A stretch of DNA of 64,000 bases from positions 1,426,001-1,490,000 of the forward strand of contig NC_086097.1 in NCBI RefSeq assembly GCF_963921235.1, written 5' to 3'. The stretch is from Mobula hypostoma (lineage: Eukaryota). The notes below the pieces were generated by a model. It made no database searches, was not told the DNA's origin, and saw only the letters and a list, made by a program, of their open reading frames with translations. The position numbers and the translations under genes were made by a program. Positions 47,729 through 60,144 of this stretch are shown in pieces (position 1 is the first letter of the stretch; the number at the start of each line of letters is the position of its first letter).

Positions 47729-48870
47729 GTATTCACTATGGAAAAGGACCTTGGCGAATGTAGGGATGATTTACAGTGGACTGAAAAGCTTGTGCATAGA
47801 GACTTTAAGGAAGAGGATGTGCTGGAGGTTTTGGAAAGCATCAAGTTGGTTGTAGATGGGTCATATTCTGTATGGAGGTCAGTGACTAGTTTTGTGCCTC
47901 GGATCGGTTCGGGGACGCCTTCTCTTCGTGATTTTTATAAATGACCTTGATGAGGAAGTGGAGGGTTGGGTTAGTAAATTTCTGATGACACAAAGGTTGG
48001 GGGTGTTGTGGATAGTGTGGAGGGCTGTCAGAGGTTACAGCAGGACATTGATAGGATGCAAAATTGGACTGAGAATTGGCAGATGGAGTTCAACCCAGAT
48101 AGTTCATTTTGGTAAGTTAAATATGATGGCAGAATATAGTATTAATGGTAAGACTCTTGGCAGTGTGGAGGATCAGAGGGATCTTGGGGTCTGAGTCCAT
48201 AGGACACTCAAAGCCGATGCGCAGGTTGACTCTTAGTTAAGGCATACGGTGTATTGGCCTTCATCAATCGTGAAATTGAATTTAGGAGCTGAGAGGTAAT
48301 GTTGCAGCTATATAGGACCCTGGTCAGACTCCACTTGGAGTACTGTGCTCGTTTCTGGTTGCCTCACTACAGGAAGGATGTGGAAACCATAGAAAGGGTG
48401 CAGAGGAGATTTACAAGGATGTTGCCGGATTGGGGAGCATGCCTTATGAGAATAGGTTGAGTGAACTCGGCCTTTTCTCCTTGGAGTGTTGAAGGACGAG
48501 AGGTGACCTGATAGAGGTGTACAAGATGAGGAGAGGCATTGATTGTGTGGATAGTCAGAGGCTTTTTCCCAGGGCTGAAATGGCTAGCAGGAGAGGGCAT
48601 ACTTTTAAGGTGCTTGGAAGTAGGTACAGAGGAGATATCAGACGTAAGTTTTTTTACGCAGAGTGTGGTGAGTGTGTGGAATGGGCTGCCGGCGATGGTG
48701 GTGGAGGCGGATATGATAGAATCTTTTAAAAGACTCCTGGATAGGTACATGGAGCTTAGAAAAATAGAGGGCTATGGGTAACCCTAAGTAATTTCTTAGG
48801 TTAGGACATGTTCAGCACAGCTTTGTGGGCCAAAGGGACTGATTTGTGCTGTAGGTTTTCTATGTTTCTA
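47729..48870 (+). mobile_element. CR1 with an internal deletion near 47847
   Basis: ESIKL joined directly to VVDGSYS; same subfamily as 4895-7092. Confidence 0.88.
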
Positions 48871-51800
48871 AGTCACCAGGACCGGACGAGATGTACCCCA
48901 GGCTACAGTGGGAGGCGAAGGAGGAGATTGCTGAGCCTCTGGCAATGATCTTTGCATCATCAATGGGGATGGGAAAGGTTCCGGAGGATTGGAGGGTTGC
49001 AGGTGTTGTTCCCTTATTCAAGAAAGGGAGTAGAGATAGCCCAGGAAATTATAGACCAGTGAGTCTTACTTCAGTGGTTGGTAAGTTGATGGAGAAGATC
49101 CTGAGAGGCAGGACTTATGAACATTTGGAGAGGTATAATATGATTAGGAATATTCAGCTTGGCTTTGTCAAAGGCAAGTCATGCCTTAGGAGCCTGTTGG
49201 AATTTTTTGAGGATGTAACTAAACACATTAATGGGGGTAGAGCAGTAGATGTAGTGTATATGGATTTCAGCAAGGCATTTGATGAAGTACCCCATGCAAG
49301 GCTTATTGAGAAAGTAAGGAGGCATGGGATCCAAGGGTACATTGCTTTGTGGATCCTGAACTGGCTTACACACAGAAGGCAAAGAGTGGTTGTAGACGGG
49401 TCATATTCTGCATGAAGTTTGGTAACCAGTGATGTGCATCAGGGATCTGTTCTGGGACCCCTTCTCTTCGTGATTTTTATAAATGACCTGGATGAGGAAG
49501 TGGGGGGGGGGATGTGTTAACAAATTTGCTGATGGCACAAAGGTTGGGGATGTTGTGGACAGTGTGGAGGGCTGTCAGAGATTACAGTGGGACATCGATT
49601 GGATTCTTGCCATATTATTTGCCAAGGGAAATCTCACATGCAATTGTGGTTGTTGTGTACATCCCTTCCTCTGCCAACCCGACGTCGGCCTGTAACATCA
49701 TTTACACCATCATAGCCAGATTACAAACCCAGCATCCGAGTGCCCTCATTACCATCTTGGGTGACTTCAACCATGCTACCATGGCTAGAACACTGCCCAA
49801 CTTCGCGCAGTATGTGAGCTGTACAACCAGAGGGGAGAGGACTCTGGATTTGATGTACGCTAACGTTAAGGATGCATACAGCTCCTCTCCCCTCCCCCCA
49901 TTGGGAAGGGCAGATCACAACCTGGTGCATCTAAAACCCTGCTACGTGCCTCTGGTGAAGAGTAAACCTGCAACCTCGAGGACAGTGAGAAAATGGTCGA
50001 AGGAGGCTTATGAGGTGCTCCAGGGTTGTTTTGTGGTGACAGACTGGCAGGCACTCTGTGAGCCACATGGAGAGGATATTGATGGGCTCACAGAGTGCAT
50101 CACTGGTTACATCAACTTCTGTGTGGACTGCAATGTTCCGACAAGAACTGTCCTTTGTTATTCAAATAACAAGCCATAGGTAACAAAGGACATTAAGGAC
50201 ATGCTGAATGCGAAAAAGAGGGCATTTAGAGATGGAAATAGGGAGGAGCTGAGGGCAATACAGAGGGACCTGAAAGCCAGGATCAGGGAGGCTAAAGACA
50301 GGTATAGGAGGAAGCTTGAGTGGAAACTCCAGCAGAACAACGTGAGAGAGGTCTGGAGTGGGATGAGGGCCATCACTGGGTTCTGGCAAACTAGCAACGG
50401 AGGAGCTGAAGGCAGTGTGGACAGGGCCAACGAACTTAACCTGTTCTTTAATAGATTTGACATTGTGGCCCCTGCCCATCCCCCACATGATTCATCTGTT
50501 GTCAGCCCCCAACCAACACATATTCCACTCTCCCCTCCTACCCCTCCTACCCCTCCTCACAGTCCCCCACCCTGCTCTCATGACTATACCCCTTCCTCAC
50601 ACGAAACCACCACGGTGGGCTTCACAGCTGAACAGGTGAGAAGACAGTTGAAACGTCTCAACCCAAGCAAGGCTGCAGGACCGGGTGGTGTCAGTACCAG
50701 GGTGCTCAAAGCCTGTGCCCCTCAGCTATGCGCAGTACTTCGCCATGTCTTCAACCTGAGCCTGAGGCTCCGGAGGGTTCCTGTACTGTGGAAGACATCC
50801 TGCCTCGTCCCTGTGCCGAAGACGCCGTGCCCCAGCGGCCTCAATGTCTACAGACCGGTGGCATTGACCTCCCACATCATGAAGACCCTGGAGAGACTTG
50901 TTCTGGAGCTGCTCCGGCCTATGGTCAGGCCACACTTAGATCCCCTCCAGTTCGCCTACCAGCCCCGACTAGGAGTTGAGGATGCAATTGTCTATCTGCT
51001 GAACCATGTCTACGCCCACCTGGACAAGCCAGCAAGCACTGTGAGGGTCATGTTTTTTGACTTCTCCAGTGCGTTCAACACCATCCGCCCTGCTCTGCTG
51101 GGGGAGAAGCTGACAGCGATGCAGGTGAATGCTTTCCTGGTGTCATGGATTCTTGATTACCTGACTGGCAGACCACAGTACGTGTGCTTGCAACACTGTG
51201 TGTCCGACAGAGTGATCAGCAGCACAGGGGCTCCACAGGGTACTGTCTTGTCTCCCTTTCTCTTCACCATTTACACCTCGGACTTCAATTACTGCACAGA
51301 GTCTTGTCATCTTCAGAAGTTTTCGGATGACTCTGCCATAGTTGGATGCATCAGCAAGGGTGTACAGGGCTACGGTAGGAAACGTTGTCACATGGTGTGA
51401 ACAGAATTATCTACAGCTTAATGTGAAAAAGACTAAGGAGCTGGTGGTAGACCTGAGGAGGGCTAAGGCACCGGTAACCCCTGTTTCCATCCAGGGGGTC
51501 AGTGTGGACATGGTGGAGGATTACAAGTACCTGGGGATACGAATTGACAATAAACTGGACTGGTCAAAGAACACTGAGGCTGCCTACAAGAGGAGCCAGA
51601 GCCGTCTGTATTTCCTGAGGAGACTGAGGTCCTTTAACATCTATCGGACTATGTTGAGGATGTTCTACGAGTCTGTGGTGGCCAGTGCTATCATGTTTGC
51701 TGTTGCGTGCTGGGGCATCAGGCTGAGGGTGGCAGACACCAACAGAATCAACAAACTCATTCGTAAGGCCAGTAATGTTGTGGGGATGGAACTGGACTCT

Positions 51801-52985
51801 CTGATGGTGGTGTCTGAAAAGAGGATGCTGTCTAAGTTGCATGCCATCTTGGACAATGTCTCCCATCCACTACATAATGGACTGGGTGGGCACAGGAGTA
51901 CATTCAGCCAGAGACTCATTCCACCAAGATGCAACACAGAGCATCATAGGAAGTCATTCCTGCCTGTGGCCATCAAACTTTACAACTCCTCCCTTGGAGG
52001 GTCAGACACCCTGAGCCAATAGGCTGGTCCTGGACTTATTTCCTGGCATAATTTACATATTACTATTAAATTATTTATGGTTTTATTACTATTTAATTGT
52101 TTATGGTGCAACTGTAACGAAAACCAATTTCCCTTGGGATCAATAAAGTATCACTATGACTATGACTGTGATGCAAAACTGGGCTGAGAAGTGGCAGATG
52201 GAGTTCAACCCAGATAAGTGTGAGGTGGTTCATTTTGGTAGGTCAAATATGATGGCAGATAATAGTGTTAATGATAAGACTCTTGGCAGTGTGGAGGATC
52301 AGAGGGATCTTGGGGTCTGAGTCCATAGGACACTCAAAGCTGCTGCGCAGGTTGACTCTGTGGTTAAGAAGGCATACGGTGCATTGACCTTCATCAACCA
52401 TGGAATTGAGTTCAAGAGCCGAGAGGTAATGTTACAGCTATTTGGGACCCTGGACAGACCCCACTTGGAGCACTGTGCTCATTTCTGGTCACCTCACTAC
52501 AGGAAGGATGTGGAAACTATGGAGAGGATGCAGAGGAGACTTACAAGGATGTTGCCTGGATTGAGGTGCATGCCTTATGAGAATAGGTTGAGTGAACTTG
52601 ACCTTTTCTCCTTGGAGCAACAGAGGATAAGAGGTGACTTGATAGAAGTGTACAAAATGATGAGAGGCATTGATCATGTGGATAGTCAGAGGCTTTTTCC
52701 CTGGGCTGAAATGGCTAACACGAGAGGGCACAGTTTTAAGGTGCTTGGAAGTAGGTACAGAGGAGATGTTAGGGGTAAATTTTTTATGTATAGAGTGGTG
52801 TGTTCGTGAAATAGGCTGCCGGCGACAGTGATGGAGGCGAGTACTATAGGGTCTTTTAAGAGACTCCTGGATAGAAAAATAGAGGGCTATGGGTAATCTG
52901 AGGTAGTTTCTAAACTTAGTACATGTTCGGCCCGCATTGTGGGTGGAAGAGTCTGTATTGTGCTGTAAGTTTTCTATGTTTCTAT
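48871..52985 (+). mobile_element. CR1 (48871-49604 and 52170-52985) split by a Rex1 insertion
   Basis: ORFs 48891..49415 and 52360..52809 are collinear with 5530-7092. Confidence 0.9.
49605..52169 (+). mobile_element. Long Rex1/Babar LINE (APE endonuclease plus RT), few disablements
   Basis: PYYLPREIS..GDFNH..ADHNLV; QFAYQ, FFDFSSAFNTI, GAPQGTVLSPFLF, KFSDDS; (TATGAC)n tail. Confidence 0.93.
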
Positions 52986-52989
52986 ATTT

Positions 52990-55560
52990 CATGTCCACTG
53001 ACACCTGGAACTTCCACGTCACTGCTAGTGTCTTACACAGTGAAGACTGATGCAAAATACTTATACACTTCATCCACCATTTCCTTGTCCCACATTACTA
53101 ACTCTCCAGCATTGTTTTCAAGCAATCCTATATCCCCTCTTGCCTCTCTTTTGCAGTTTATGATCTGAAGATCCTTTTGGTATCCCCCTCAGTATTAATA
53201 GCTTGCTTGCTTTCAATTTCCATGTTTGCCTCTTCATGACTTTTTAAGTTGCCTTCAATTGGTATTTAAAAGCTTCCCTATCCTCTAACCCCACACATTT
53301 TTGCTCTGTTAGATATCCTCTGTTTTGCTTTATTTTGGTTTTGACTTCTCTTATTAGCAACGGTGTGTTATCTTTCATTTAGAATACTTCTTTCTCTTTG
53401 GGATTCATATATCCTGTGCCTTCCGAATTGCTTCCAGGAATTCCAGCCATTGCTGCTCTGCTGTCATCCCTGCCAGTGTTCTTTTCCAGTCAATTCGTGG
53501 CTCCCTTTACTCCACGTAATACGGATACCTCTGACTTTAGCTGCTTTTTCTCAAATTTCAAGGTGAATTCAATCACATTATGCCTCAGTGTACTTTCGCC
53601 ATAAGCTCTCTAATCGATTCTGGTTCATTGTACAGCACCCAATCCAGGATAGGTGGTCCTCTCGTGAGCTCAACCATCAGCTGCTCTAAAAAGCCATTTC
53701 ATTGGCACTCTAGAAGTTCCCCACCTGTAATCCAGCACCAACCTGATTTTTCCAATCTACCTGCATATTGAAGTCCCCCATGACTATTGTAACATTGCCC
53801 CTTCGACGTGCATTTTCTATCTCCCATTGTAATTTGTACTACTGTTTTGGGGGTCTGTATACAACTCAGGGTCTCTTTACCCTTGCAGTTCTTTAGCTCT
53901 ATGCACAATGATTCAGTGCCTTCTTTGTCACTGCCTTCTAATGATTTGATGTCAATTTTTACCAACAGAACAATGCCAGCACTCTGCCTTCCTGCTTGTC
54001 CTTTCAATACGAAGTGTACCCTTGGACATTAAGCCCCCAGCTATAATCTTTCAGCCATCATTCAGTGATGACTAGAACATCATATCTGCCAATCTGCAAC
54101 TGTATTGCAAGTTCATTTGCCTTATTCCGGATACTACATGCATTCAAATATAACACCTTCAGTCCTGTATTCACCCTTTTAGATTTTGTATACGTTTTTA
54201 CCTTGCAACTCATCTTGCTGACTGCAATTTTGCCCTATCCACAGCCTCTCCTCATTATACATTACCTCTGTTCGTACGCCAGCTACCTCATATTCAGCAC
54301 TATCGTCCACCTTTCCTACGATACTTCTTGCATTGAAACATACGCAGCTCAGGACACTAGTCGCACCATGCACAACTGTTTTGATTCCTAACTTTGTCTG
54401 AGGTCTTACCAACATCTGCCTCCACAACCTCTCCAGTACCTGTTCTGGCACTCAGATTCCCATCCCCCTGCATCTCTAGTTTAAACCCCACTGTGAAGCA
54501 TTAACAAACCTTCCACTGGAATATTAGTCCCTCTCCAGTTCAGGTGCAAACCATCCCTTCTGTACAGGTCCCACCTTCCCTGGAAGAGAGCCCAACGATC
54601 CAAAAATCTGATGCCCTTCCTCCTACACCAACTCCTTAGCCACATGTTAAACTTTATAATCTTTCTAGTTCTGGCCTCACTGGCATGTGGCACGGGTAGC
54701 AATCCTGAGATCACAACCCTGAAGGTCCTGCCCTTTAACTTTGCTTCTATCTCCCTAAACTCCCTACACAGATCCTCGGCACTCATCCTAGTCATGTAAT
54801 TGGTACCTACATTGACATGACTTCTGGCTGTTCACCCTCCCACTTAAGAATGTTGAGGACTCAGTCCAAGATGTACCAGACCCTGGCACCTGGGAGGCAA
54901 CAAACCACCCAGGAATCTCGTTTTCACCCACAGAACCTCCTGTCCATCCCCCTAATTAACTAAACCCCTCTCACCACAGCGTGCCCTCCCCCCTCCCCTT
55001 CCATTCTACATCTCAGAGATAGACTCAGTGCCAGAGACTGGACCGTTGTGATTTTCCTCTGTTTGGTCATTCCCCTCCCCCCTTGCCCGACAGTATCCAA
55101 AGTGATTTACTCGTTGTTGAGGGGAATGGCCATAGGTACCCCGCACTGGCAGCTTAACCCCTTTCCCCTTCCTGACTGCCACTGACTCCTTTTTCTGACT
55201 GTCCTGACTCATTTTCCTGTGTCCTGCACCTTGGGTGTGACTACCTCTCTATATAACCTATCCATCACCCCCTCAGCCTCCTGAATGATCCAGAGTCATC
55301 CATTCCCAGCTCCAGCTCCTTAATGTGGTTTGTTAGAAGTTGCAGCTGAATGCACTTCTCACAGGTATAGTCGTCAGGGACACTGGAGCTTTCCCTGTCT
55401 TCCCACATCCTGCAAGAGGAGTATTTCACTATCCTGCCTGGCAACTCTGCTGTCCTAGCAAAGCAGATATAAAGAAGAGAAGGAAAGGAAATCTTGATAT
55501 ATTCTTTCCTTTGCCTTCTCTGAGTGAAGCTTCTCTTTGTTGAAGCCTCAAGATCACCAT
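52990..55560 (-). mobile_element. CR1 5' half (ORF1 with SGNH esterase, endonuclease start)
   Basis: RVVISGLLPVPHASEAR..DGLHLNWRGTNI; CFNARSIVGKVD; ESLCIELKNCKGK. Confidence 0.85.
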
Positions 55561-57409
55561 TCTGACTATGTCCACTTAAACGATGCCCTTGCCTTCCTTT
55601 AATTTGCTCTTACTAATCAATCCCAAGTGCTGATTGTTCACTGGTCAAAGCTCTTTATCGTGCCACAAACCACTGCTGCCTGTTATTGTCAGGCAGTGAA
55701 CCTGATTGGAGTCCCCTCCTCTCCAAACTTCCAATGTCTGGAATGGCCGCTGGTCAAAGCTCCTTTACCTGCCTTGCACTTCCAACTACCATCCATGCAA
55801 TGGCTGACCAATTTCCTAATTTCTCATTATTGACCCACTCTAATCCTCTAACTGTCTTGCTCTCCCAGCTAACGTCCGTTCATCTTATATTCAGACTAAG
55901 CAATTTCTTTGGAATCTGCTCCTTTCAACACTAATGCCTTAATGGTTTCAACTCTTTGGGATGGAAATGTGACCCCAGATAAGGTTTCCACATCTGTAGC
56001 ATCCCTACTGAGGTACAGGGTAGTGTTGTATTGTCCCTTTCATAAATGTCCATGGATCCTGTTTCTCTCTCCACTAAAGAGGTCTGACTGCAAGTATTTC
56101 TAGTATATCATGCTGTTGTTTCCAAGCTCACCAACAACATCCACTTTCAAAAATCTTTTCCTTCCTTTGACTTTTATCTCCTTGCCAGGCAATAGGGTGG
56201 TATCCCATTTCTATTTAAAGTCCAGGGACTCCCCTATCTATTTTGACTACCCCTCCTTCCTGTCAGCACTCAATCCATTCTCTCTTCCAGATCTGTACTG
56301 ACAGCTGTAACAACCATATCAATATGCCATCTCTTTCCTCAACTGTGGATTCTCTTGCTGTGTGGTTTCGAGAGCTGTCAACTGGGTCTATTGCATTCTT
56401 CCTTTTCTCACCTCATCCCATCTTCTCCCTCCCTGAAACAGGTGAAGATTCCCTTTAGTCTCACCTTTCTCCAACCACTGGCGACATGGATTGTGGAACT
56501 GTACAGCACAACCGGCTCTTCAGCCCACAGTGTATGTGCCGACCATGATACCAATTTAAATCTGATTCTGATCTGCCTGCACATGATCCATATCCCAACA
56601 ATCACATGATCATTCTCCATCATTTCCCAGGCAACCTCTCTACTGAAAATCTTCCCCTCTTCTTCCTTATCAGCAATCCAAACACGACCATCTCCAATTC
56701 ATCCTTGCATCGTCATTACCTTTCTTTGTGAACCTGTCGCTGTTTAACAAGTTACCAATGTATGCTCACAGTTTGCATTTGCAATACTGGTTCAGAGCAG
56801 TTTCCTAGACCCATTTGAACTTGATTAAACTGCTTTTATTATTTTCTCCATAATTTGAACTTTGAACAATATTAAATTATTGGAAAGATTTCCAAGATTC
56901 ATACTGATTAGACTGAACCACAGGATGGGTGTCACCACACTAAGGTGTATAGCTAAACTATTGTTGATCATTTGTAGAAATAGATCATTACCAGGGAATC
57001 GTAGGTAATACTTCACAGAAATAGGCAATGCACAATATACAAAGAGATAAGAAATTCCAGCAATCATTTTCTGTGGAAAATTCCTGTTTTAGGGATGGCT
57101 TTTCAGCGGGGCTGCCACACGCCCTTATTCACAGGGTAGCTGAATAGCTGAGCCAAGGCAACTTTACTACATCTTTTACTATAGTAAGTGCAGGCTGTAC
57201 TGGGGAGCCCACAAGTGTCACCACACATTCTGGCGCTAACATAACATGACCACAATGTTCAGCAAAACGATACAGAACACAACAAACAAACAGCAACAGC
57301 AAAATAAAGCCCATTCACACACTCAGCTATCCACACACACAGACAATCCTCCAGCCTCCAGACTTCCCACATTTCCATCAAGTCCCCAAACTCAGCCACT
57401 CTCATATGC

Positions 57410-57580
57410 AACAGGGACAATTTAATTGGCTGGTTAACTTACCAATCTGCATGTCCTTGGGATCTGGGAGGAAATCAGAGCACCTGAATGAGACTCACAC
57501 TTGCATGCAATCTCCTCATCGACAGCACCAGAGACCAGGATTAAAGCTGGGTGCTGGAGTTGTTATAGTGTGCTGTCATG
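57410..57580 (-). mobile_element. HE1/V-SINE-like tRNA SINE (decayed)
   Basis: GGGAGGAAATCAGAGCACCTG..ACAGCACCAGAGACCAGGAT resembles the reverse complement of the V-domain and tRNA head. Confidence 0.6.
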
Positions 57581-57669
57581 TTGTTTGTGTAAGATCTGGA
57601 CCCCATTCCATTCTCACAGTATTATCTCTGCATGTGATGCAGTTTTCTTCCACACAATGGACTGTCTCT

Positions 57670-57990
57670 ATCCTGAACATCAGTCCTTGGTCCAAAATGT
57701 TGACTTTTTATTCCTCTCCATCGATACTGCTTGACCAGCTGAGTTCCTCCAGCATTTTGCGTGTTACCCTGCACAATTGTGATGACTAAGGAATGCAAAG
57801 TGGCAGAAGCCTTCATATAGGATAGAAGCATAAATACTCAGCGGGTCAGGCAGTATCTGTGGAAAAAGAAACAGAATTTTGTTTTAAGTCAAAGACCCTC
57901 ATCAGTTTGACCTAAAAATATAACCCTGTAAATATTATACACACAAAATGCTGGAGGAACTCAACAGGTTAGACACCACCATCTATGGAA
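57670..57990. mobile_element. Penelope pLTR remnants in both orientations
   Basis: CTGAGTTCCTCCAGCATTTTG and its reverse complement CAAAATGCTGGAGGAACTCA. Confidence 0.7.
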
Positions 57991-58019
57991 ATGAATAAAA
58001 AATTGATAGGACATAGACT

Positions 58020-59145
58020 ATATAAACATAGAAACCCACAGCACATTACTGGCCCTTCATCCCACAATGTTGTGCCAACCATGGGATCTACTCTAGAAAC
58101 TGCTTATACTTTCACTACCACGTAGCCCTTTATTTTTCTAAAGTTCCATGTACCTATCTAAAACTCTCTTCAAAGACCCTATTGTATCCACCTCTACCAC
58201 CTTCACTGGCAGTGCATTCCACTCACCCACCACTCTTTGTGTGAAAAACTGACCTCTGACATTCCCCTTGTACCTACTTCCAAGCACTTTAAAACGATGC
58301 CCCCTTGTATTAGCCATTTCAGCCCTGGGAAAAACCTCTGGCTATCTACATGATCAATGCCTCTCATCATCTTATACAGCTCTGTCAGGTCACCTTTCAT
58401 TCTCTGTTGCTCCAAGGAGAAAAGGCCAAGCTCACTCAACCTATTCTCATAAAGAATGCTCCCCAATCCAGGCAACAGCCTTGTAAATCTCCTCAGCACT
58501 CTCTCTACAACATCTACATCCTTCCTGTGGTGAAGTGACCAGAACTGAGCACAGTACTCCAAGTGGGGTCTGACCAAGATCTTATATAGCTGTAACATCA
58601 CCTCACGGCTCTTGAGGTCAATCCTACAGTTGATGAAGGCCAACACGCCATACACCTTCTTAACAACACTGTCAACCTGTGCAGCAGCTTTGAGTGTCCT
58701 ATGGACATGGACCCCAAGATCTCGCTCATCCTCCACACTACCAACAGTTTTACCATTAATATTATATTCTGTCTTCAAATTTTACCTACTGAAATGAACC
58801 ACTTCACACTTATTAGGGTTGAAGTCCATCTGCCACTTCTCAGTCCAGTTCTGCATTCTATCAACGTCCTGCTGTAACCTCTGACAACCCTCCAGACTAT
58901 CCACAACATCCCCAACTTTTGTATCATCAGTAAACTTTCTAACCCACCCTTCTACTTCCTTATCCAGGTCATTTATAAAAATCACAAAGAGGGGAGGTCC
59001 CAGAACAGATCCCTGCAGAACACCACTGGTCACTGTCCTCCATGCAGAATACAAACCATCTACAACCACCCTTTACCTGCTGTGGGCAAACTAGTTTTGG
59101 ATCCACAAAGCTCGGTCTCCTTGGATCCCATGCCTTCTTACTTTC
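58020..59145 (-). mobile_element. CR1 3' half
   Basis: ORFs 58203..58778 and 58782..59069 (KFTDDTKVG). Confidence 0.9.
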
Positions 59146-59149
59146 TAAA

Positions 59150-60118
59150 GGAGTTGGTCTGTGGTCGGGCATGGCAGGGAGAGTTTTCTTCCTTCTCCTG
59201 TCTGTGTGAGATGTGGGACTTTCGAGAGCCTTTGAACTTTTTTTTACTGTGCCAATGGCCTGTTCTTCATCAAGTTATGGTATTGTTTGCACTGATGTAA
59301 CTATATGTTATAATTATGTGGTTTTTGTTAGTTTTTCAGTCTTGGTCTGTCCTGTGTTTCTGTGATATCATACCAGAGGAATATTGTATCATTTCTTAAT
59401 GCATGCATTACTAAATTACAATAAAAGAGGACTGCGTGTCCTCATAATCGAATCTAATCTAATCTAAATAAGGTTGAAAGAGTACAGAGAAAATTTACAA
59501 GTATGTTGCCGGGTCTGGAAGTCCTGAGTTATAAGGAAAGATTAAATAGGTTAGGACTTTATTCTTTGGAATGTAGAAGCTTGAGGTATGCAAAATTATG
59601 AGGGGTATAGATAGGGTAAATGCAAGTAGGCTTTTTCCACTAGGGTTGGGTGGGACAACAACCAGAGGTTATGGGTTAAGGGTGAAAGGTGGAAAGTTTA
59701 ATTCGGGGAAGCTTCTTCACTCAGAGGGTCATATGTGTGTAGGACAAGTTGCCAGCACAAGTGGTGCATGCAAGCTCCATTTCAACATATAGGAGAAGTT
59801 TGGATAGGTATGTGAATGGTAGGGGTATGGAGGGCAATGGTCCCGGTGCAGGCCGATGGGAGTAGGTAATTTAAATAGTCCGGCATTTAAACAGGCTGGA
59901 GGGCCTATTTCTGTGCTGTGCTTTTCTATGACTCAGTAAATATATTTATGACAAACTTGAGTAGATTTTTGCATAGTAGGGGAATTAAGGATTATAGGGA
60001 AAAGGCAGGTAGGTGGAGATAAGTCCATGACCAGGTCAGCCATGATCTTATTGAATGACGGAACAGGCTCGACGGGCCAGATGGCCGAGTCCTGCTCCTA
60101 TTTCTTATGTTCTTATGA
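59150..60118 (+). mobile_element. LINE 3' UTR with (AATCT)n tail, followed by CR1 3' fragments
   Basis: MRGIDRVNASRLFPL..TRGYGLRVKG; TTCTTATG tail. Confidence 0.7.
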
Positions 60119-60144
60119 TATTATATAAGATTGTGAAGTCAAGA

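Noticed and set aside
57093..57183. Plus-strand exon-like segment tttag|...|gtaagt
   Set aside because: Stops in all three frames and no homology; cannot be supported without transcripts.
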